From positions 1 to 19,999 of the forward strand of contig JBNJGP010000049.1 in the NCBI GenBank assembly GCA_051747805.1: a DNA stretch of 19,999 nucleotides. The letters are read 5' to 3'. This DNA is from Candidatus Muiribacteriota bacterium (GTDB taxonomy: Bacteria > Muiribacteriota > Muiribacteriia > Muiribacteriales > Muiribacteriaceae). A model generated the notes under the pieces. That model was not told where the DNA came from. It saw only the letters and a list, made by a program, of their open reading frames with translations, and ran no database searches. The number at the start of each line of letters is the position of its first letter. The stretch's first letter is position 1. Position numbers and translations under genes: made by a program. This document shows, in pieces, positions 8,840 to 16,464 of the stretch.

Positions 8840-9649
8840 TTAATAACCCGTGTGTACATACTGACCTTTAATAATAGAAACGGATGAAGATGCTCCTATT
8901 CTGCTGGCACCAGCCCTTATCATTTTTTTTGCACCATCATAATCTCTTACTCCGCCAGAGGCTTTTACCCCCATTTTTTCACCAACAATTCTTCTCATGA
9001 GTGCAATATCTTCAACTGTTGCTCCTGAAACACTCATTCCAGTTGAGGTTTTAACATAATCAGCCCCAGCCTCTCTAGCAAGTTCACAGGCCTTGATTTT
9101 TTCATCAGAAGTTAACAGGCAGGTTTCTATAATTACTTTTAACAGTGTATCCTTACAGGCTTTTTTTACCTGTCTAATATCCTCTTTAACTTCCTGATAT
9201 TTCCTGCTTTTTAAAAAACCAATATTAATAACCATGTCAATTTCTCCTGCGCCCTCACTTATAGCCTTTTTAGTCTCTGCAACTTTAACATCAGTATAAG
9301 TAGCCCCAAGAGGAAAACCTATAACAGTACAAACTTTAACATCTGAATCTTTTAAAAGCATAAAACACTTATTAACCCAGCATGGATTTATACATACAGA
9401 GGCAAAATTATATTCAAGTGCTTCTTTGCATAATTTTAAAACAGCCTCTTCTTCAGAATCAGGTTTTAAAAGAGTATGGTCAATATACCGGGCAAGTTTC
9501 TGTGGCGTCAACACCTCATTATTTTTATTTTCTGATATTTTTTTATCATTTAAACTTTTCTGAGAATAATCACAGGAATTATTAAAATCACCTACTTTAT
9601 TTAAAACTTCCCTTGTAATAATCTCAACAAGTTCATTATAATCAGACAT
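8840..9649 (-). CDS. deoC: Deoxyribose-phosphate aldolase with N-terminal encapsulation-peptide-like extension
   Basis: [39 protein letters not shown] (Schiff-base Lys), GVKASGGVR and RIGASS. It has a ~45-aa N-terminal extension starting [20 protein letters not shown]. Confidence 0.96.
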   Translation of the reverse strand: MSDYNELVEIITREVLNKVGDFNNSCDYSQKSLNDKKISENKNNEVLTPQKLARYIDHTLLKPDSEEEAVLKLCKEALEYNFASVCINPCWVNKCFMLLKDSDVKVCTVIGFPLGATYTDVKVAETKKAISEGAGEIDMVINIGFLKSRKYQEVKEDIRQVKKACKDTLLKVIIETCLLTSDEKIKACELAREAGADYVKTSTGMSVSGATVEDIALMRRIVGEKMGVKASGGVRDYDGAKKMIRAGASRIGASSSVSIIKGQYVHTGY

Positions 9650-9672
9650 TTTTTACTCCATTATCTTATATT

Positions 9673-9942
9673 TTATTTTTTTACTATGGCTTCAATATCT
9701 TCATGAGGCGATGGAATAACATGTGTAGATACAAGTTCACCAACACGTGCTGCCGCCTGTGCTCCGGCTTCCACAGCAGCTTTTACCGCACCTACATCAC
9801 CCCTGACCATTGTGGTAACATAAGAGCCTCCTACTTTTTCATATCCAGTTAAGGTTACATTAGCGGCTTTTACCATTGCATCAGATGCCTCAACCATTCC
9901 TACAAGTCCTTTTGTTTCAATCATTCCAAGTGCCTGTTTCAT
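9673..9942 (-). CDS. BMC hexameric shell protein (BMC-H, PduA/EutM-like)
   Basis: [30 protein letters not shown] and HVIPSPH. ATGA overlap with the upstream BMC-P. Confidence 0.96.
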   Translation of the reverse strand: MKQALGMIETKGLVGMVEASDAMVKAANVTLTGYEKVGGSYVTTMVRGDVGAVKAAVEAGAQAAARVGELVSTHVIPSPHEDIEAIVKK

Positions 9943-10220
9943 CTTTTTTCCTCCGATAATTCAATTTTATCCACTATTCCAGTTATAACTGTATGAACAG
10001 GAATTTTTTTATTGTTAAAAATCTGCTGTGCAACAGAACCTTCCTTAACAACAATTACAGTATCTCCTTTTCCTGCACACACCGTGTCTATTGCAACAAG
10101 TTCCCCACCCTTAATATTTCCTTCAGGGTCAACAGGTTGCACAATCAAGAGTTTTTTTCCGCTTAACTCTTTATTCTTAATGCTAGATACAACATTACCA
10201 GTTACTTTTGCAAGTATCAT
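9939..10220 (-). CDS. BMC pentameric vertex protein (BMC-P, EutN/CcmL family)
   Basis: [40 protein letters not shown] and ITGIVD. Confidence 0.94.
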   Translation of the reverse strand: MILAKVTGNVVSSIKNKELSGKKLLIVQPVDPEGNIKGGELVAIDTVCAGKGDTVIVVKEGSVAQQIFNNKKIPVHTVITGIVDKIELSEEKR

Positions 10221-10240
10221 TTTTAATTCCCAAAATTTTT

Positions 10241-10510
10241 TTAAAAATCTAACTCATCTATAATTCCTACAACGGTTGCGTCTGTAGGTACGTATTTTAC
10301 ATCAGTTTTAAAAGGAATACAAGCCTCAGATGAATCTATATAAATCACTAATTCATCGCTTCCTGCACCAATACTATCAGTAGCTATAAGAGGATTACCC
10401 CTTTTTTTTCCAGAGGCCAGGCAGGGCTGTATAATTAAGAGTTTTCTACCTCTGAACCCCTCGTCCTTATGACTGGAAACTATATTTCCACATACTTTTG
10501 CAATTTTCAT
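10241..10510 (-). CDS. BMC pentameric vertex protein (BMC-P, EutN/CcmL family)
   Basis: MKIAKVCGNIVSSHK, GRKLLIIQP, IATDSIGAGSDELVI and PTDATVVGIID. Confidence 0.94.
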   Translation of the reverse strand: MKIAKVCGNIVSSHKDEGFRGRKLLIIQPCLASGKKRGNPLIATDSIGAGSDELVIYIDSSEACIPFKTDVKYVPTDATVVGIIDELDF

Positions 10511-11196
10511 TTTATAATTTGAATTCCTTTTTGGCGAATATAATCTGCTGCCACAGGCAGAATAATAGTATTTGAGGAAATCTTTAAAACCTCAGGTTTT
10601 ATACTTTTTAAATAATCTTCTGTAAGCACCCTTTCATTGTATTCTTGGACATTAGATTTATCTTCTCTACTGTTAGAGGAATTCAGTAAAACTTTCTGCA
10701 CAATATTTCTAATTAGAGTTTCAAGGTCATCATAGGTGTTTTCGTTTTCAGAAGAGATATTATCGTGTTGATTTATTTTATCCACTCTTCTTTTATGACG
10801 TCCGCCCTCAAATGAAGTGTTTAAGAATTTGTCAGCAATTTTTGACGCAAGCGAATTACCCATTAACTGGGCTCCTAAAACCAGCATATTCGCATTGTTA
10901 TGGGCTCTTGCGTTCTCGGCGCAGTATAAATCATTACACAGTGCGGCCCTTATTCCTTTAATTTTATTTGCCACCATTGTTGACCCTATGCCAGCCCCAT
11001 CTATCATAATGCCAAAATCCGCCTCTCTATTGGCAACTTTCAAAGCACACTCCGAAGCATAATCAGGATAATCAACAGATGTTTTTTCAGAACCGCAACC
11101 AATATCAACTACTTCATTTCCCCTTTCTTTTAAAAAATTTATTAAATGATTTTTAAGGTTAAATCCGCCATGATCGGAAGCTATAATAATTTTCAT
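10507..11196 (-). CDS. rpiB: Ribose-5-phosphate isomerase B family protein with C-terminal encapsulation-peptide-like helix and extra small domain
   Basis: IASDHGG, VDYPDY, GAGIGSTMVANKIKGIRAA, AHNNAN and FEGGRHKRRV. An ~80-aa extension follows the RpiB fold. Confidence 0.92.
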   Translation of the reverse strand: MKIIIASDHGGFNLKNHLINFLKERGNEVVDIGCGSEKTSVDYPDYASECALKVANREADFGIMIDGAGIGSTMVANKIKGIRAALCNDLYCAENARAHNNANMLVLGAQLMGNSLASKIADKFLNTSFEGGRHKRRVDKINQHDNISSENENTYDDLETLIRNIVQKVLLNSSNSREDKSNVQEYNERVLTEDYLKSIKPEVLKISSNTIILPVAADYIRQKGIQIIK

Positions 11197-11225
11197 ACTA
11201 TTTTACCACCTCGCTTTTTTATCTC

Positions 11226-11242
11226 GCAAATTCTATATTTGC
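11226..11242. promoter_or_regulatory. Inverted repeat GCAAAT-N5-ATTTGC upstream of rpiB; possible operator
   Basis: Seen directly in the 71-bp intergenic gap. No U-tract follows it on the minus strand, so it is not a typical intrinsic terminator. Confidence 0.3.
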
Positions 11243-11267
11243 TAAAAAACCTTTTTAAATTACTGTT

Positions 11268-12323
11268 TTATCCAAGAAATCTAATAATCAAATATAAAAA
11301 TAACAATATTATTAAAGTTATCACAACTACAGAAAGAAGATTCCCCTCTGATTCTTCCTCGTTATAATATGGGTCATCTTCATTAAAGGGTTCAGGAAGT
11401 TCATCTTCAGGTTCATTATCATCTTCTATCTTTCTTTTCAGTCTGACATCGGTTTGAACAACAAGCTTACCATAAACACCCTCATCAAGCTTTATTTTTA
11501 TTTCTATAACCTCTGAGGATGCTCTGAACTTGGAAATGATTTTTTTTTCGACGTTTGTAACCGGAGAAATCACAGGCACTTCTTCAGGATTATCACTGGA
11601 AGTTATAGAACGTGCAATATGTTTTCCAATTATTGAATCATCAACAATTCTTACAAATATTTTATCTTTATTTTGAACCTCTGAGGCTTTTAGACCTCCA
11701 TTTGGTTCAATCATTGGAATAACATCCAGAATTAACTCTTCGGCTTTTTCCCCTTCCTGAGAATCTGAAGCATCCCCACCCTCTTCATCTGAGTTTGATT
11801 GTTCTGACTGATAATAATTAACTTCTGCAATCATATCAATTTCAACTTCAAAACCATGAGAAATTATTTTTGTAATTTCTTCATCAAACATTGCTTTTAT
11901 AAGAGTATTTCTTAAAGTTTCATCTTCTGTTGTAACAATAGTTTTTTTAAGCTTATCAATTTTGGATTTTGATATGGATTTTGAAAAAAAGCTCTCCATT
12001 TTTTTTAAAAAAACAAGGAAGTTGGAGCTTTTTTCAATCACCTCTTTTTTTTTAATTTTTATTTCTTCAAGAAATTTATCCCATGGAATATTTATATCAA
12101 AGTTCAGACTTTTATCAATAACAACAGATACGTTAGTAAAACCCGGCTCATTAGTATCACCTATTATAACCATAGCCCCTTCAAACTCATCCCTTACTTC
12201 TTTTATAAAAAACTTTAATATAAAATGAGCATTTTTAATACCGGAACCCGACTTATCAGGTTCGTTATGGCCATCATTAAGATTTTCTGTTGTATTGTTT
12301 TCAAAGCTTTCGATGTCATCCAT
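11268..12323 (-). CDS. Hypothetical acidic protein with single C-terminal transmembrane anchor
   Basis: 351-aa ORF with an AAGGAG RBS, overlapping the upstream gene by 8 bp. It has acidic low-complexity linkers and the C-terminal hydrophobic helix LLSVVVITLIILLFLYLIIRFLG. Confidence 0.8.
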   Translation of the reverse strand: MDDIESFENNTTENLNDGHNEPDKSGSGIKNAHFILKFFIKEVRDEFEGAMVIIGDTNEPGFTNVSVVIDKSLNFDINIPWDKFLEEIKIKKKEVIEKSSNFLVFLKKMESFFSKSISKSKIDKLKKTIVTTEDETLRNTLIKAMFDEEITKIISHGFEVEIDMIAEVNYYQSEQSNSDEEGGDASDSQEGEKAEELILDVIPMIEPNGGLKASEVQNKDKIFVRIVDDSIIGKHIARSITSSDNPEEVPVISPVTNVEKKIISKFRASSEVIEIKIKLDEGVYGKLVVQTDVRLKRKIEDDNEPEDELPEPFNEDDPYYNEEESEGNLLSVVVITLIILLFLYLIIRFLG

Positions 12324-12522
12324 CGCCGTTCTCCTTTAAGCTGGAACTATCTCCGTTATTTTTTTTGTTTTCCTCTTTAAGTATATCATAAAAGATAAAA
12401 AATATACTTATCAGCACAAAAAGTGGTGCTATTACTGAAAAAATATTCTGAGCCGATTTATCAACAAACAAAAAAAGAGAGGTAGAAATAATTAATACAA
12501 TATAATAAACAAGAATTTTCAT
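12316..12522 (-). CDS. Small hypothetical membrane protein (2 predicted TM helices)
   Basis: 68 aa with two hydrophobic stretches and a charged tail. TAATG stop/start overlap with pduT, and overlap with the next gene. Confidence 0.65.
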   Translation of the reverse strand: MKILVYYIVLIISTSLFLFVDKSAQNIFSVIAPLFVLISIFFIFYDILKEENKKNNGDSSSLKENGDG

Positions 12523-13067
12523 TAATATAAACTCCCTGCCAGAAACTTATGAGGATTAGCTAAAACAGTATAATAAACAAGAAATCCCTCTTCTTTTAAA
12601 TAGGCTACTGCGTCTTTACAGCTTTCTCTTATTGCCCCTATTTCACCACTCAGAATAAAATAAGCTTTTCCGCCAAGTCCTTTTGCTATTCTAATTTCAA
12701 TAATATTCACCTCTGCAGCCTTTAAAGCAATATCTGCGCTTAAAATGGCCGAGGCAAGCGAAAAACTTTCAACAACACCAACCGCTTCAATTTTTTCAAC
12801 CTGAGTTGAGGCTGTCATAGCCGGTATAATATCTTTATGCAGATTTGGAATTAAAATTGTATCAATCAATAACATGGGCGCAGTTGAGGAGGCAGCTTCC
12901 AGAGCACTTTTTACATCCCCGACTTCCCCGCCTAATACAATCATATATTTACCAGCACAAACAGGAAGACTGTATATTAATTTAACCTCACCAGCTTTAA
13001 GGGCAATATCACAGGCTTCAATACCAGCGCTTATACTCTTATATTCGAGCACACCTATACAATTCAT
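12522..13067 (-). CDS. pduT: Tandem-domain BMC shell protein (BMC-T), PduT-like
   Basis: Two BMC domains (IGVLEYKSISAGIEACDIALKA; AVGVVESFSLASAILSADIALKAAEV...GLGGKAY). PVC37AGKY matches the PduT FeS-binding Cys38 motif. Confidence 0.9.
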   Translation of the reverse strand: MNCIGVLEYKSISAGIEACDIALKAGEVKLIYSLPVCAGKYMIVLGGEVGDVKSALEAASSTAPMLLIDTILIPNLHKDIIPAMTASTQVEKIEAVGVVESFSLASAILSADIALKAAEVNIIEIRIAKGLGGKAYFILSGEIGAIRESCKDAVAYLKEEGFLVYYTVLANPHKFLAGSLY

Positions 13068-14380
13068 TTTATAACCTCGGCTATAATTTTATTATCGCTA
13101 ACTGATTTTATTACAGCTTCTTCATTTATATGAACATTTGCAGAAAAATCACCATCATTTTGTGCAATTAAATCAAATTTTGAAACAGACTGATTTTCTT
13201 TTACCACAGAGGTTGAAGGCTTTCCAATATTATCATCAAGATTTATTTGAAGAAAATCAGGAATAATAAACTTTTCAATAAACTCTACTTTCTTATTATA
13301 GTATTCAATCAATCCAAGCCGGTTAATAAGTCGTTTAGAAGGTATTTTACGTCCCTCGCGAAATTCTGGCGCAACCAGTTCTCTCTGTTTAAAGGTAACT
13401 TTTTTTCCCTGTTTATAATACTCATTTTTTATATAGGAATTTACAGTTTTAGGAGAAAGATTCAGAGGACAGGCATAAAGCTCGCAGATATTACATTCAC
13501 TGCATAAATGTGCTAGATCAAAAATTTTTGCATTAATATTTTTTGAAAAAATCGCTCTCATAATTTTATGGGGCTGCATATCATGACCTATCATATATCT
13601 GGAACATAATTCAGTACAGGTAATGCAGTTACAGCAGGCAGAAGCAGCCTGAGAAATAATTGAATTTAAATTCTGATTTTTTTTCATCACAAGGGGATGA
13701 TTTCTGTTTAAAAACAAAACACCGCTTGTTTTTCTGGTAACAAAACTATCTTCAATATTCTTTATCTGACCCATCATCGGGCCGCCGTCAACAGCAACAT
13801 AATCCTCTTTCAAATCATTGCCGGCAATGTTTAGAAGATGTTTAAATGGAGTTCCTACAGGAATTTCAGCTACATAAGGCTTTTTTATATCACCAGTTAC
13901 TGTTACAAACCTTTTTGAAAAAGGTTCTTTATTTTCAAGCGCATTATATATTCTATATACAGTTTCAACATTATTTACAATAACGTTTATATCAAGCGGA
14001 ATTCCTTTTTCCGGAACAATTTTATGAAGTGTTTCATAAATTAAAACCTGTTCATCTCCGCTTGGATATGTATCGCTTAAAATTTTTATTTCTATATCAT
14101 CACTTTTATTATATTTATTTAAAAGCTCCGCACAATCAGAATTTTTCTTTTTAATGCCGATAAAAGCCTTTTTAAATTTTATAATTTTTTTTATTAACTC
14201 AATACCTTTAATAATTTGTTCGGGCTTTTGAAGCATGAGGGTTCTGTCAGAGTAAAGCAGAGGTTCGCACTCGGCCGCATTTATAATAAAAAAGTCAGCC
14301 TCGGCTTTCAGCTTAATATGTGTAGGAAAACCAGCCCCGCCGGCTCCTATTATTCCTGCTTCTAAAATTTTTTCAAGCAT
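13064..14380 (-). CDS. pduS: PduS/RnfC-like flavin- and 2x[4Fe-4S]-containing oxidoreductase
   Basis: GIIGAGGAGFPTHIK, INAAECEPLL, YPSGDEQVL, NNVET, SLBB region, GGPMMG, CCNCITCTELC and CSECNICELYACP. It lies directly upstream of pduT, as in pdu operons. Confidence 0.88.
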   Translation of the reverse strand: MLEKILEAGIIGAGGAGFPTHIKLKAEADFFIINAAECEPLLYSDRTLMLQKPEQIIKGIELIKKIIKFKKAFIGIKKKNSDCAELLNKYNKSDDIEIKILSDTYPSGDEQVLIYETLHKIVPEKGIPLDINVIVNNVETVYRIYNALENKEPFSKRFVTVTGDIKKPYVAEIPVGTPFKHLLNIAGNDLKEDYVAVDGGPMMGQIKNIEDSFVTRKTSGVLFLNRNHPLVMKKNQNLNSIISQAASACCNCITCTELCSRYMIGHDMQPHKIMRAIFSKNINAKIFDLAHLCSECNICELYACPLNLSPKTVNSYIKNEYYKQGKKVTFKQRELVAPEFREGRKIPSKRLINRLGLIEYYNKKVEFIEKFIIPDFLQINLDDNIGKPSTSVVKENQSVSKFDLIAQNDGDFSANVHINEEAVIKSVSDNKIIAEVIK

Positions 14381-14389
14381 TATTTATCC

Positions 14390-15823
14390 TCAGACAATTC
14401 TAAAGTACCCCGCCAGTACACATCTTCTCATTCTTGTAAAAGTTTTTGCAGTTGTTACTCCTTCACCTGTAGGCGAGGCAATAGTATAAGTTGCCGGACC
14501 TTCTCCGTTAAAACCAAGGCCAGCATAAGAAGGGGCATTTTTTACAAAAATACTTACATTAGATTTAACAGCCATTTTATGAAGATTTTCAACATTTTTA
14601 GAATGCATAAGGGCAGTATGAAAATTATTCTGTTCAAGCTCATAGGCGGTTTCAATTGCTTCATCAACATTATCTGCTCTTATAACTGGCAAAACAGGCA
14701 TAAGAAGTTCTTCAACAGCAAAAGGATGATTTTTATCAGTTTCACAAATTATCAACCTTGTTTCCTCAGGAACGTTCATATCAATTTGTGATAGAATATA
14801 GCTTGCATCTTTACCAACAAAATCGGAATTAACCCTGCCATCAGGTTTTATTAAAAGTTTAGAGAGTTTTTCTACCACATCAGGCATTATTAAAACAGCA
14901 TTATTTTTCTGCATTTCATCAACAAGCTCTCTATAAATTTCTTTTACAGCTACAACTTCTTTTTCAGCAATACATAAAACATTATTATCAAAAGAAGCTC
15001 CATCAACAATATCACGTGCCGCCCTTTTGATATCAGCACTTTCATCAACAACCACGGGTGGATTTCCAGGACCGGCCGCAATAACCTTTTTCCCACAGGA
15101 AAAAGCAGCCTTCACAACACCAGGCCCGCCTGTTACAGTTATTAAACGAACCTTCGGATGTTTCATCATAAACATACCGGAATCAATTGTTGGTTCATTA
15201 ACGGAGGTGACAAGATTAGCAGGTCCGCCTACTGTTGAAACTGCCTCGTTTAATAATCTAATAGTTTCTGCACATACTTTTTTTGCTCTTGGGTGAGGAT
15301 TGAAAACAACACTGTTTCCACCGGAAATCATTGATATAGTATTATTTATAATTGTTTCTACAGGATTTGTAGTAGGAGTGATTGAGGCAATTAATCCAAA
15401 GGGAGCACATTCTTCAAGAGTCATTCCTTTATCCCCGGTGTAAGCATGAGGCTCAATTTCTTCTACTCCCGGAGTCTTATTAATTGCAAGTATTGTTTTC
15501 TGTATTCTGTCTTTAAGTCTCCCCAGCCCAGTTTCTTTAACAGCATCCTCTGAAAGTTTTTCGACATTATTAAGCATTTTTGTTCTAACTGAAGAAATAA
15601 TTTCCTTCCTTTTCTGAACACTCAGCAAAATATAGTCTTTCTGGGCAAAATAGGCTGCATTAACAGCATCTTCCATTGAATGAAAAACACCCGGACATAC
15701 AGTTTTATTTCCCGAAGTTTGAGCAATATCAGGCTGACTGGATGATTCTTTATAATTGCCAACAGAAATCTTTTTTACAACATCTTCGACAATATTTCTA
15801 AGTTCTTTTTCATCAAAATTCAT
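14390..15823 (-). CDS. CoA-acylating aldehyde dehydrogenase (PduP/EutE family) with N-terminal encapsulation peptide
   Basis: ETGLGR, PFGLIASITPTTNP, FNPHPRAK, VTGGPGVV, AGPGNPPVVVDE, SFDNNVLCIAEKE (catalytic Cys), ELLMPVLP and TIASPTGEG. Confidence 0.95.
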   Translation of the reverse strand: MNFDEKELRNIVEDVVKKISVGNYKESSSQPDIAQTSGNKTVCPGVFHSMEDAVNAAYFAQKDYILLSVQKRKEIISSVRTKMLNNVEKLSEDAVKETGLGRLKDRIQKTILAINKTPGVEEIEPHAYTGDKGMTLEECAPFGLIASITPTTNPVETIINNTISMISGGNSVVFNPHPRAKKVCAETIRLLNEAVSTVGGPANLVTSVNEPTIDSGMFMMKHPKVRLITVTGGPGVVKAAFSCGKKVIAAGPGNPPVVVDESADIKRAARDIVDGASFDNNVLCIAEKEVVAVKEIYRELVDEMQKNNAVLIMPDVVEKLSKLLIKPDGRVNSDFVGKDASYILSQIDMNVPEETRLIICETDKNHPFAVEELLMPVLPVIRADNVDEAIETAYELEQNNFHTALMHSKNVENLHKMAVKSNVSIFVKNAPSYAGLGFNGEGPATYTIASPTGEGVTTAKTFTRMRRCVLAGYFRIV

Positions 15824-15826
15824 TGT

Positions 15827-16099
15827 TTACTCCTCTTTGTAACTCACAGTATCGACAATCCCCACAATTGCCGCATCAACTGGTTTCTGATTCGTTCTTG
15901 CAGTTTGCCTCGCAGAAGAACCGCTGACCAAAAGAACAGTTTCGTTAAAACCGGCTCCAACAGTATCCACAGCAACAACAAAATCATCAATAAATTCAAG
16001 ATTAATATTTAACTTCCTTACAAGTAGAAGCTTAAATCCCAGAAGTTTTTCATCTTTTTTTGTTGAAACTATAGTCCCTACAACTTTTCCTAAATTCAT
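15827..16099 (-). CDS. BMC pentameric vertex protein (BMC-P, EutN/CcmL family)
   Basis: GKVVGTIVSTKKDEKLLGFKLLLV, VAVDTVGAG, GSSAR and PVDAAIVGIVD. Confidence 0.96.
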   Translation of the reverse strand: MNLGKVVGTIVSTKKDEKLLGFKLLLVRKLNINLEFIDDFVVAVDTVGAGFNETVLLVSGSSARQTARTNQKPVDAAIVGIVDTVSYKEE

Positions 16100-16102
16100 C
16101 TA

Positions 16103-16384
16103 TTATTCATCTTTTCCAATAGGTAATATATCTTCCAGATTTTCATGAGGTCTTGGAATAACATGAACTGATACAAGTTCTCCTATTTTAGAAGCTGCCT
16201 GTGCACCTGATTCTGTTGCCGCTTTTACAGCTGCCACATCTCCTCTTACAAGAGCTGTTACAAATCCGCCACCAATTTTTTCATATCCTACAAGCTTTAC
16301 GTTCGCAGCTTTTACCATTGCGTCAGCTGCCTCTACCATAGCAACAAGTCCTTTTGTTTCAATCATACCTAATGCATTTTTCAT
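16103..16384 (-). CDS. BMC hexameric shell protein (BMC-H, PduA/EutM-like)
   Basis: [32 protein letters not shown] and HVIPRPH. GGAGG RBS. Confidence 0.97.
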   Translation of the reverse strand: MKNALGMIETKGLVAMVEAADAMVKAANVKLVGYEKIGGGFVTALVRGDVAAVKAATESGAQAASKIGELVSVHVIPRPHENLEDILPIGKDE

Positions 16385-16420
16385 TTAGTTAACCTCCAAA
16401 ATTATTAAACACTAAAATTT

Positions 16421-16450
16421 TTTATACTGACTTTAATGAATTTTAATCAA
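16421..16450 (-). promoter_or_regulatory. Weak candidate internal sigma70-type promoter before the first BMC-H
   Basis: Minus strand TTGATT (16450-16445), 18-bp spacer, TATAAA (16426-16421) in the 80-bp gap. Could be chance in AT-rich DNA. Confidence 0.25.
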
Positions 16451-16464
16451 AAAACATTTTTTTT

